Source: Paramoeba atlantica (Eukaryota; Protista; Discosea). From it: DNA of 64,000 nt. A program made the position numbers and the translations under genes. Of this stretch, positions 40,915 through 50,129 are shown in pieces (positions within the stretch are counted from its first letter, which is position 1; each line of letters opens with the position of its first letter). The notes beneath the pieces were generated by a model. It was not told where the DNA came from. It did not search any database and saw only the letters and a program-made list of their open reading frames with translations. Location: NCBI GenBank assembly GCA_977017575.1, contig CDRNVI010000049.1, positions 372,001 through 436,000 of the forward strand, given 5' to 3'.

Positions 40915-42241
40915 AACCCCTCGACACGAATAAAGCACCCCCCTTTATTTTTTGCGTGCGGGGTCCCATGGGGGTTGCAGCACCACTTTATCGTCCAGAA
41001 TTTTGATATCTGCACGTTCACGGGGTTTTTAGCTTCATTTAAAACTTTTGAAAAAATCAGTTTCAGAAATATTTTTTTTCTAAACTTTCATGGTAAAATC
41101 CAAGTACCGTCCCCCAAAGGGGGGGATGACCCCTATAGGTAAGACATTATTGCGCCTGAGGTTCGAGGACGGTGTCCCAAAGAAGCAACTTGCACGAGAA
41201 TTTAATATTTCTGTAAAATATGTGAGGCAATATCTGAAAGCAAAAGAAACCAATAAAACCAAAATATTTACACCGAAAGAAAATATTTTGCGTCGCAGAA
41301 AAAAAATAGTAACCATTATTTCACCAAAAGACCTTGCTGGAGTGCCGAAACACAGCAGCGCTAGATGCATTTCGGGGAGATTGAGTAAAAAGGGGGTACA
41401 TGTCACAAAACGCACTGTTTAACGTGACTTAAAAGCAATGAAATATACTTATTCCCCACGCCCGGTTGCTATGGCGTTGACCGAACGTCGGAAGGCTAAA
41501 AGGGTTGAGTTTGCCTTAGCATGGAATGGAGATTCACGCATAATTGTATTTTCTGATGAAAAAATCTTTGATGCAAATGATATGCGTAAAAAAATGTGGG
41601 TTGCCCCGGGCGAAAAGGCTGCTCCAAGGCAGAAAATGCGTTGGGCCCCAAAATGCCATGTGTGGGGTGCCATTGGAGTTGGGTGGCGTTATCTAGCTAT
41701 TCTTCCCAATGACAGCTCAATTATGAGCGAAACGTATATTAAAACCCTGCGTAAGACTCCTTTCCCCCGCAATTTTATTTTTCAACAAGATGGAGCAGGC
41801 GCACACACTGCAAAAATGACAAAGTCTTATCTTTTTGAATCAGAAATTCAGCATATCAAAAATTGGCCTGCCAACTCACCTGACCTCAATCCTATAGAAA
41901 ATGTATGGGAAATGATACAGCAACGAGTATGTGGAATGAACCCCTCCAGTACTACTTCGCTTATTAGGTGTGTAAAAAAAGCATTTAAAGTAATCCCCCG
42001 AAGGCAAATAAATAAAACTGTTTTAAGCTTCGATCGTCGACTAGAAGCCTGCGTAAAGTGCAAGGGAGAAAAAGTGAAAAAGTGGTAATCGTCTACTTAT
42101 ATTTTACCTTATTCACCCCAGGACAATTTTACAAGGTGCGCAAAGTCTATTCACTGAGATCTGCAAAATGCCACAAGAATTAGCTCAGACGGACTTACCA
42201 TACAAATTTTAGAGGGGGGTGCTTTATTGTGTCGAGGGGTT
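40915..42241 (+). mobile_element. Tc1/IS630-type DNA transposon, DD35E, ~1.33 kb, TA-flanked
   Basis: ta|aacccctcgacacgaataaagcacccccct ... agaggggggtgctttattgtgtcgaggggtt|ta: ~30-bp TIRs differing by one indel. Confidence 0.93.
41090..42088 (+). pseudogene. Tc1-type transposase interrupted by a single in-frame TAA at 41420-41422
   Basis: ORFs 41090-41422 and 41438-42088 share a frame (KRTV*RDLKAMKY). HTH N-terminus; FSDEK, FQQDGA, WPANSPDLNPIENVW; 35 residues between the second D and E. Confidence 0.9.
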
Positions 42242-42264
42242 TAAACCCCCGCTATATAATTTAT

Positions 42265-43188
42265 AAACCCCCGCTCACGAATAAGTCACCCCCCTCTTTT
42301 TTTTGAACAACGAGGCTTAGGGGGGTTGCCGCACCACTTTTTCGTTCAAAATTTTGAGATCTGCACGTTCCCGCTGTTTTTAGACCTCTTCACAGATAAC
42401 AAATTAAAACTCATTTTTTAATGACGTTTTTACATAGTCATGCCAATATTACCCGAAAAATCTCATATTCTTCGACCAGGGGGGGAGAAGGGGGTCAACA
42501 TGAAAATGGTGTCACAGATCTTCGCTAGGGGAACGAGATCTCTCGATTGCAACAAAAATGATGAAAAACAGATAACAAACATTCAATTTTTCACGTGGTG
42601 GAATATTTGTCTTCGATTGGTTCTTTCTTGAAACGGTGATAAATCAACTTTTTTAAGCTGTCCCCTTTACTTTTTGCTTGAAGGGGCCTAAGGGGGTTAA
42701 GATATCATTTTCTCGTTCAAAATTCTGAGATCTACACGTTCCCACCACTTTTAGATCATTTTAGAAACTGAAAAAAAAAATATTTTTAGGTTCTATTTTT
42801 TTGTATTGTCATACCACACTAATTTAACAAAACAAACACTCCGCGGCCAGGGGGCACAATTGGGTCAATATTAAAAAATAGCGGCAAAGATCCTTGCTAG
42901 GAGAATGAGGTCTCTCGTTTGCAACAAAAATCAGCAAAAACGGACAAAAATAATTGAATTTCTCATGGGAGGAGAAGATTTATTTTGTCAAAGTGTGAGA
43001 AATTGGTCTCTTGAAAAATGTGAAGAAAGTGATAATACACCTATCGGATGCACGCATTTGAGAGTCTTGGTTCCATGCTATGGCGCGCAAAGTCTTTGTG
43101 TTGGGAACAGTAAAATGCAACAAAAATGAGCTCAAACGGACGCTTGGCTGAAAAGTTAGAGGGGGTGACTTTTCGCTGTGGGGGGGTT
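42265..43188. mobile_element. Non-autonomous relative of the Tc1 element with an internal ~370-bp duplication
   Basis: Left end taaacccccgctcacgaataagtcacccccct, right end agagggggtgacttttcgctgtgggggggtta. Both subterminal regions align with the autonomous copy. Internal blocks repeat at ~42340/42712 and ~42525/42897. Confidence 0.8.
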
Positions 43189-43572
43189 ATATATATATTT
43201 GTAGTATTTGAAAAAAAAAATAGTACTATATAGTACTATACTCCTCTTCTCATTAATTTCTATAAATGCCATTCCTAATTTTTCAGGTTGCGCGGTGGTA
43301 GTTTTCAACGGGAAGCGCGCAGCCTGAGTGACTTCTAAGTTGAAAACAACCACCGAGTTTAACGAAGAGCCTGATTTTTATAGCCCGAAAAGCATTTTTG
43401 TCGCAGAGATAGAGAAATTGTGCTCCTCTAGTTTGTAGAATACAGATCTCCGGGAGGTCACCTCTCTAACGGCGTTTTCTTCCTTCTCTTCGCCGAAATT
43501 GAAAACAACGTACCAAATTCGAGGTAGCATCTTGAATAATACAATTTTTATTTATTAGCATAAAGGATTTTT

Positions 43573-43839
43573 TTATTGCTCGGCCAATGAATCCCTTTGC
43601 AATCGCTCAGCGCGAAGCTTCTCCGTGTGCTCTACCATTGTGGGATGAGTCATTCCAACAAATTTTCCTTGTTCGTCGTACACGGGTACAATTTCAGGCT
43701 TTTTTAACCGTGGAAACGATGTTCTCCGATTCCCTAACATATACATAAGACCACCGAATGTAGCTATAACATATAGGGCCGGGAGATGATATCTCAACTT
43801 TCTCCAACCCCGCATATTTTCGTATTCTTTCAATACCAT
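43573..43839 (-). CDS. Small single-pass membrane protein
   Basis: MVLKEYENMRGWRKLRYHLPALYVIATFGGLMYMLG; one TM segment. Confidence 0.65.
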   Translation of the reverse strand: MVLKEYENMRGWRKLRYHLPALYVIATFGGLMYMLGNRRTSFPRLKKPEIVPVYDEQGKFVGMTHPTMVEHTEKLRAERLQRDSLAEQ

Positions 43840-44082
43840 GGAAGTTTTGGTAGCAAAAGGTTTTATGGAGAAAGAAACGATATAATCCTCCACTAACCAG
43901 ACTTATACATACACAATTACACACACACACAATTATACTTGTACGTTGCGATGATTGTATAACTACCGCTCTACCCTCGATTTTTCAAAAAAACGTGTAA
44001 AATAAAGAGCGAAAAAATAAAGAGAAACACAGTAATATCGTCACCCCCCTCACTTGTTATTTTACCTATAACAAGATTACAT

Positions 44083-44853
44083 TCATAATCTAGAAGAAAA
44101 AAGCTTTGCAATCGTTTCTTCTAGCTGCCTCTCGTCAAGTTTTTCGGAGATCTGCAGCACATGACTAACCGTAAGAATGGTTTCCGTGGTATCTGCATGC
44201 ACCCAAACCCGGCCATTCAACCCTATCGCCACTTCAAATCGTGCGGCGCGTGACAACGCCTCCAGTACCGCGCTTTTGTCACGCAGCAGGTGTCGGGCAT
44301 AGTGTGGGGAGACCGCGACCACGTTCCCCCCTTTCAAGGCCCCAAACTCCCCCTCCCCCGTGACCCAATCCTTGTGAGCCACCCCCACAGAGGCACAGCA
44401 GATAATCTCGGGTTCCATGTCTCGATACGCGGTAAGCACACGGGCGTAGATCGTGTCCCCGGGATAGAGCCTCGGTCGGTTCTGCCGCGTTGCTCCATCA
44501 AACCCCACGTGACTGAGCACCGCGTTGTGGGCAGTGTTGACATCCACCACGTAGGACCCGGAGACGTCTTTTTGGACGACTCCGACCACCAAGTCCCCCT
44601 CTGCTGGGAGGTAGATACGCCCCCGTGTGCGCACGCTCACGGTGACGGCATACGTTCCCTGTGTGGGAGGCAGCGCAGAGGATTCCACAGAGAGAATCCC
44701 AGCCTTCGTGCAAATTAAAGTAGGAAATTCAGCGCTTTCTGAAGATGCACGATGCATGACGCCATCTCCCAGAGTGACTTCGCCACTGGTAGAGAGCTCG
44801 GCGATGATGTCCCCCGGCAGCACAACGCTGCCGGAGGCAAGAGAGAGATTCAT
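44083..44853 (-). CDS. RRP40: Exosome cap subunit RRP40
   Basis: YLPAEGDLVVGVV, FDGATRQNRPRL..GDTIYARV, FEVAIGLNGRVWV. Start MNLSL at 44853. Confidence 0.93.
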   Translation of the reverse strand: MNLSLASGSVVLPGDIIAELSTSGEVTLGDGVMHRASSESAEFPTLICTKAGILSVESSALPPTQGTYAVTVSVRTRGRIYLPAEGDLVVGVVQKDVSGSYVVDVNTAHNAVLSHVGFDGATRQNRPRLYPGDTIYARVLTAYRDMEPEIICCASVGVAHKDWVTGEGEFGALKGGNVVAVSPHYARHLLRDKSAVLEALSRAARFEVAIGLNGRVWVHADTTETILTVSHVLQISEKLDERQLEETIAKLFSSRL

Positions 44854-45031
44854 TTTTTCAACTGATTTCTTACAAAAACGAATATAAATATGAAATGTTG
44901 TTCGAGCTACATGAAAAAAATATTCGAAAGTATTGGGCATTTGCGGTCTATTTTGCCTACTGCATATCGCTAAACTGTACAAAAATGCTTTTTGTAAGAA
45001 TGATCGTATTGTTTTATCAATTTTAAAATTT

Positions 45032-45123
45032 TCAGCGTCTTGTTAGGTAGCAAACTCGGTTGGGTCATCAGATGTATGCATTGTATGCACACATTTATGA
45101 CAAATGCCTCGAGAAATCATCAC
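45032..45123 (-). ncRNA. Box C/D snoRNA, copy 1 (U15/snR13-like LSU guide)
   Basis: Box C GTGATGA (45123-45117), internal CTGATGA, terminal CTGA (45035-45032). Guide CGAGGCATTTG is complementary to the conserved LSU motif CAAAUGCCUCG. Confidence 0.75.
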
Positions 45124-45251
45124 GAAGAATAAAATAAAATAGAACACGCACTCCAATGAATTTTGATGTTCATGCACCCGTTGGCGCAGAGATACAGCCC
45201 TTGATGCGACGGCCTCAATGATGGATGTCGCACCAAGGGGTATTTGGCACG

Positions 45252-45324
45252 GACTCTGTCGGTAGAGGGGGTCCAGGCAACTCGCTCTCATTTTACGCAG
45301 CTGGAGGAGCGTGCTGCAACCGAC
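45252..45324 (-). ncRNA. Single-hairpin H/ACA-like (AGA box) RNA, copy B
   Basis: Lower stem gtcggt/accgac, upper stem tccag/ctgga, AGA box 14 nt after the upper stem. Confidence 0.6.
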
Positions 45325-45325
45325 T

Positions 45326-45400
45326 CGGTCTCAGTCGGTAGAGGTGGTCCAGGCAACTCACCACCTCTTTACACAGCCGGAGAGGCGCACTGCAACCGAC
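45326..45400 (-). ncRNA. Single-hairpin H/ACA-like (AGA box) RNA, copy A
   Basis: Same lower stem, upper stem tccgg/ctgga (G-U), AGA 16 nt after the upper stem. Paralogue of copy B at a 76-nt period. Confidence 0.6.
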
Positions 45401-45498
45401 CGCTGCCTCGGGATGAGACGGAGAAGAGCCACGCCCAGTGGTCCTCCTTTTTGAAAGTAAGGTCGTAATACGACGTATTGTTTATGAATCCTAAAATT

Positions 45499-45590
45499 TC
45501 AGCGTATTGTTAGGTAGCAAACTCGGTTGGCTCATCAGATGTATGCATTGTATGCACACATTTATGACAAATGCCTCGAGAAATCATCAC
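45499..45590 (-). ncRNA. Box C/D snoRNA, copy 2
   Basis: Same boxes and LSU guide as copy 1 (guide at 45568-45578). Confidence 0.75.
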
Positions 45591-46482
45591 GAAGAATATG
45601 AAATAGAGCACCCATTTCAATTAAAAACGTTCCTTTTGTTACGAAGTTCCAAAGTGACTCTGCCAAACTTGCCAACACTTGATTTTATACGCCATTTGCA
45701 CCTTGTTGACCCTTTTTATTAGCCATGTCGTTCCTTCTCCATGCGTCCGCTGATGCAGCCAGGCTCGACCGGAGAACCGTAGAAAGAGGGGGAAAGATAC
45801 TTTCTCGCGAGTAGCAGCTAACGCTACAGTTAATAATATTACAGGCACCACACAACAAGAGTAGGATGCGATTGATCGCCTCAAAATCAAGTTGATAACG
45901 CTTCACGGACCCGACCTCCACTACATGGAAACACATGCATGGGACACATGAGAGACGTGCATGTACATGTAAACACGAGAGGAACACGAAAGGAATAATG
46001 CACAAAAAAACAAGACCCTGTTGCCTCGCCTGCACAGCTTAAAACTAACGCAAACTCTCACGCAACACGATCCATGATCTTATCAGCAGGAGACTGTCAT
46101 CCATACAAGAAAATGTTGATTCATTAGTAAGGGAAAACTGGATGGCACACGCGGATGAAAAAGGCTATTTCTATCCTTTCTCGATTGTCTGCGAGGTCAG
46201 AGCCTTCGAATAATGTCGGATGGTGCGTCGGGTGATGGAACTTAGCGATCCCAGCCTTCCGAGTAAATTCTGTGTATGAATACCTAAAGTGACATTACTC
46301 GGAGTACTATACTAATTACAGAATTGATGCTTTATTCTTTTAACATGTAACCTAGAGAGTCGAATTAAGAGCCAAAGGCAGAAAGACGGCAAATTTCGAA
46401 AATGCTTAGAGCGCTATACTGTAGTGATTTCTGCCAATGTAGTACATTGGACTTATAGTTTTACAAAACCATAATGTAAAGA

Positions 46483-47085
46483 TTATTGTCCTCTCCTTTG
46501 AAATCGAGTGCTTTGCTGTTCTGTACTTACGAAGTGAGACGCTGTATTTATCCCTTTACTTGTCAAAAAAGATTCATATTCCTCATCGGTGGGTATTTGC
46601 CTAATAGAATCTGCACTATTTGACCCCCCTCTTTCATTTGCTGGTGGATATACTTCTTTCAAAATCGCAGTCGAACTTGCGTTATTACTATCATCACTGC
46701 AAACAGGAAATGGTCCATCCTTACCGTAGCGCCAATATTTCGAAAAATATGCCCAGGCCAAAAGAATTCCGGACACCGATTTCGCGTCAGCCACTTCGAT
46801 ATCCGCGTCCGATAAATTCTGTAGCTCTTTCCAGGCAAATAACAAAATCGCCTTTCTATCGGTTGTTTCGGCTTTTAAGTGTAATCTTTTCAGATGTCCC
46901 AATCTAACAGCAATGCCAGATGAAAACTTTTTTACACTATCGGTATTACTCGGTTCACTTGAAGTTTCTTTTGCGTTATGAATTAATGGTGAAGATTTTA
47001 GCGACCCTGAGTAAAATTGATAGGAAGACCGTATTAGAAGTCTATCACTGCATTTCATCCGAAAGGCCGTACGGTACAGGTTCAT
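46483..47085 (-). CDS. Hypothetical protein, mitochondrial presequence-like N-terminus
   Basis: 200-aa ATG ORF; Trp-rich helical core (AILLFAWKELQ...ILLAWAYFSKYW). Confidence 0.7.
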   Translation of the reverse strand: MNLYRTAFRMKCSDRLLIRSSYQFYSGSLKSSPLIHNAKETSSEPSNTDSVKKFSSGIAVRLGHLKRLHLKAETTDRKAILLFAWKELQNLSDADIEVADAKSVSGILLAWAYFSKYWRYGKDGPFPVCSDDSNNASSTAILKEVYPPANERGGSNSADSIRQIPTDEEYESFLTSKGINTASHFVSTEQQSTRFQRRGQ

Positions 47086-47424
47086 GTTACCAAATATACT
47101 CCTTACAATATACCTGCTTTACACAAGATAAACTACTAGAAATGCTCCGCCGTTCAATTACACATTGATGGTAATATGGTTGGTTAAGAGAAGACTAATT
47201 TTTTGACTTGGGTTTAAAAGGAAAGGAAATCAAGAAGGAAAAGTCACACACTGATAATAATCAAAGCCAATGGAAGGATTAAAGTCGCGGAAACGCAGAG
47301 CGTGTTGCACTCCGATATGCAAGAAGCAGCTCTAGTAATACAACTCTAGCAACTTTATGCATTCTGCGGGCGAAACGTCCACGTAGAATCAAAAGGCAAA
47401 CTGAGAACAATGTGATCAAATTAG

Positions 47425-47616
47425 CTAATCTGACCACTGACCCGTTTTTCGGGTTTCATTAGCGATCTCTGCATTTTTATTGGCGTCCTGATTGGCCAAA
47501 CAGTAAGCTTGTGAAACAGGATCCATACAGGGGATTGGAACTGCGCTATTCCGACGAAATTCCTCCAAATCATCCGGTACACCGATGTCAATTTTGGTAA
47601 GCGGTCGACGAATCAT
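47425..47616 (-). CDS. APC/C subunit Cdc26-like small protein (tentative)
   Basis: N-terminus MIRRPLTKIDIGVPDDLEEF matches the Cdc26 signature M(L/I)RR.PT.(L/I).L..DD(I/L)EEF. Confidence 0.5.
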   Translation of the reverse strand: MIRRPLTKIDIGVPDDLEEFRRNSAVPIPCMDPVSQAYCLANQDANKNAEIANETRKTGQWSD

Positions 47617-47897
47617 TCTGATTATTTACATAACAATTGTTGCTTATCAATTGAAGAATGCTAGTATGGTACAATTTACACTGGCGGAAAGGACGAGGGT
47701 GTAATAATAATCGAAAGGTACAAGCATCGCCTATTATCTGCCTACTTCGCACATACATCTTCACTTACTCTTACTTACACTTGTATACATCTTCAATTAG
47801 TGACACAAATCGTAGGACACAAATCATAGTGATACTATGACGAAAAATAAGTTGTTATAAACGCTTCCGTCAATTGAACCGATACTGTAACTAGAAA

Positions 47898-48630
47898 CTA
47901 TGTCTGAGTTTGCAGATTCTGTTGCACCACCTTCGGCATACACACCGTCGCCCCGAGCTCCATCACCGCTTGATTCCACTCCCCGGGGTTCTCCTGTCGC
48001 ATCATCCGGGTCGCCAACGCCGTCACCCGTCGCTGATCCCCCGGCCTCTTCACATCCAACCCCCGCACCCCCCCGAGCCTCGCATACACCCGCGTGACAT
48101 TCCCATCCACCGCCGCGGCCCCCACCCCGAACGCCATCGAGGCAATCGCGGCTGCCGTGTAGGGTCCAATCCCTGGGATCTCCCGCAGCTCGGGGACGGA
48201 GCCCGGGAGCTCCCCGCCCCACCTCCCCACCACGAGCTGCGCCCCCGCGTGCAGCGCCCGGGCGCGTCGGTAGTACCCGAGCCCGGACCACAGCCCGTGG
48301 ACCTCCTCGAGGGAGGCCGCGGCGAGGGCGGCGGGGGTGGGGAAGCGGGCCATCCAGGCCGCCCAGTACGGGAGTACGGTGGCGACGCGGGTCTGCTGGG
48401 ACATGACCTCGGCGACCCAGATGGCGTAGGGGGAGGGGGTGTGGGGGGGGGCGCCAGGGGAGGGGGCGGTGCGCGGCGGTGTACCACGAGGAGAGGGCGC
48501 GGTGGAAGCCGGGGAGGTCCTCGAGGTCGGGGAGGGGAGCGGGGGAGGGGGAGGGGGGAGCGGGGGGGGTGGTGGTGGTGGGAGGGGGGGAGGAGGGAAG
48601 GGTGGGTTTCGGAGGGATAGGGTGTCGCAT
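47898..48630 (-). pseudogene. mutY: MutY adenine glycosylase, frameshifted near a G9 run (~48443-48451) and C-terminally truncated
   Basis: LSSWYTAAHRPLPWR in one frame; PYAIWVAEVMSQQT, WSGLGYYRRAR, PGIGPYTAAAI, VDGNV.RV and ELGATVC in another. Stops before the Fe-S cysteine loop. Confidence 0.8.
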
Positions 48631-48986
48631 TTGGCGAGAAGGGTAGGGGGTAAGGAAAAGATAGAATGTGATTAGGAGTGTAATGCGGTGGTTGGATAGC
48701 TAGCGCTGTGTACGCTTGATTATGGCTAAAAGGTGAACAAAAACAAAGGAAAAGCAGTACCGTGCTCGAGTACTTCGGAAGGAGGAACCTTTTTTTCTAT
48801 TTTAGTCGGCTTGGTAAACCCCCAGATAGTTTTCAACGTAAAGCGCGCAGCAGTGCCTTCCACGTTGGAAACAACTACCGCGTTTAAGGAAGTGACAATA
48901 AGAAGACATTCTCTGAATGTCATCATTGGTATTCAGGCTGGAGCAAAATCAGATAATGTACAAAGTGTCCAAAGTGATAGTGGTCG

Positions 48987-50129
48987 TTAGTACACAGACT
49001 TTGGCATACGCGGACCATTCCTAGGGATGGGGGTCACATCCTCCATGTAACACACAACGAATTTGTCCCTTCGGTCCACGAGGGCCTTCAGCGCACCCTG
49101 TCTTCCATTGTAAAATCCCATGACGCGAACGACCAGTTGTATTTTACCAGATCTTCGACTCGAGGGAGCACCGGTGGCAGTGTTTTCTAGTGCCACAAGT
49201 TTAGGATACACAAGATCAAGGTACTTGGAAGCAACCATATGCCCTGTCTCCGAGGAACCCTCGGATCTCCATCCTTTCTCGCCGTGTTTTAATCCAAGCT
49301 TCCCCGCGGACATGGTAGTGTGAATGCATTTACCATCAATGTCAAAAATGACAGCATACGTGTTTCGACGACGAGAGATCAGGTACAGAAAATACATGTC
49401 ACGGGTGTATCGCGGCATCTCAGCCCATAAATCTAAATTTTCGTGAAAGTTTACATCACCGGAAGGATACTGAGTCGTGTCTCTCCACTTTTTAAGAAGC
49501 GAGAACCCGTGCATCTCCTCAAACTCCTGGGCATTACGTATGGCTGGGGGCAAGGAAGAAGTCTCGGGTGGGCTGGAAAGTGTTGTTTTCGCTATGTCTA
49601 TGGAATTTTCTTCGGAATCATCCAATGGGTTCACGTCTGAGTGTGTCGCTTCATCCTTAGGTCGAGCAAAGCGCGAGGCATTGCGAAGGTACCACTCGGC
49701 GGCGTTGTAGTGTCGGTCCGTAATGTACTTGTCATTCGCTTGCATAGCCTTTATTTCATTGTGTAAGTTAGCCTCTGTGGCAAAACGTGACTCGGGAGTA
49801 ATATCATGTCCCGGTATTTGTACGTGTCGAAGGATTTCGTCATCTCGACCGATGCGGTCTGATGCCTCCTCGGGAGTCTGATGGATTTCTTCTCTCAAAG
49901 ACGTTTTTGAGTCCGCGGTGACGTCTCGTGGTTCTGTAAAAGCTTGGAGAGCGGCATCAATGCCACGATGAGCCTCTTGATTCGCTCTTTCCAGAAGTAA
50001 ACTCTCAAACATTTGTTGTCCTCCTTGCTGCGGTCGTAAAGTAGTGGGCTCTCGACGCCACTTATCACCATAGGCCGATGGTTTCGGCTTACGCTTTCCG
50101 CGCCGTAGAAGATACAAGCTACGTCGCAT
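48987..50129 (-). CDS. MRPS11: Mitochondrial ribosomal protein uS11 (extended kinetoplastid type)
   Basis: RRRNTYAVIFD, SAGKLG, VRVMGFYNGRQGAL, EDVTPIPRNGPR. Likely start MRRSLY at 50129. Confidence 0.88.
   Translation of the reverse strand: MRRSLYLLRRGKRKPKPSAYGDKWRREPTTLRPQQGGQQMFESLLLERANQEAHRGIDAALQAFTEPRDVTADSKTSLREEIHQTPEEASDRIGRDDEILRHVQIPGHDITPESRFATEANLHNEIKAMQANDKYITDRHYNAAEWYLRNASRFARPKDEATHSDVNPLDDSEENSIDIAKTTLSSPPETSSLPPAIRNAQEFEEMHGFSLLKKWRDTTQYPSGDVNFHENLDLWAEMPRYTRDMYFLYLISRRRNTYAVIFDIDGKCIHTTMSAGKLGLKHGEKGWRSEGSSETGHMVASKYLDLVYPKLVALENTATGAPSSRRSGKIQLVVRVMGFYNGRQGALKALVDRRDKFVVCYMEDVTPIPRNGPRMPKSVY

Larger units (their letters stand above)
45005..45612. repeat. ~140-bp direct repeat, two copies ~468 bp apart
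   Basis: 45005-45147 vs 45474-45612; near-identical core. Confidence 0.92.

Noticed and set aside
21400-41422. Stop-codon reassignment (Blastocrithidia-like) suggested by in-frame TAA/TAG/TGA in the transposons
   Set aside because: Stops occur only in mobile elements, at positions not consistently expecting Glu or Trp. Host genes read fully with the standard code.
45032-45123. Hammerhead ribozyme (hairpin + CTGATGA ... GAAA)
   Set aside because: No proper stem II or stem III, and the NUH triplet is out of register; the C/D snoRNA model with an rRNA guide fits better.
45252-45400. CRISPR array, or ingi/SIDER 79-bp signature or HDV ribozyme
   Set aside because: Only two units, no spacers or cas genes, eukaryotic context; no similarity to the CCCTGG-starting signature and no HDV nested pseudoknot.
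45685-46035. 116-aa minus-strand ORF as a secreted protein
   Set aside because: Non-ATG start; the hydrophobic part comes from a pyrimidine/TG-rich tract typical of intergenic splice signals.
45815-46055. Spliced-leader RNA gene
   Set aside because: Only 9-nt matches to the SL 5' end; the CAGTTTCTGTACT core and GT donor are missing.
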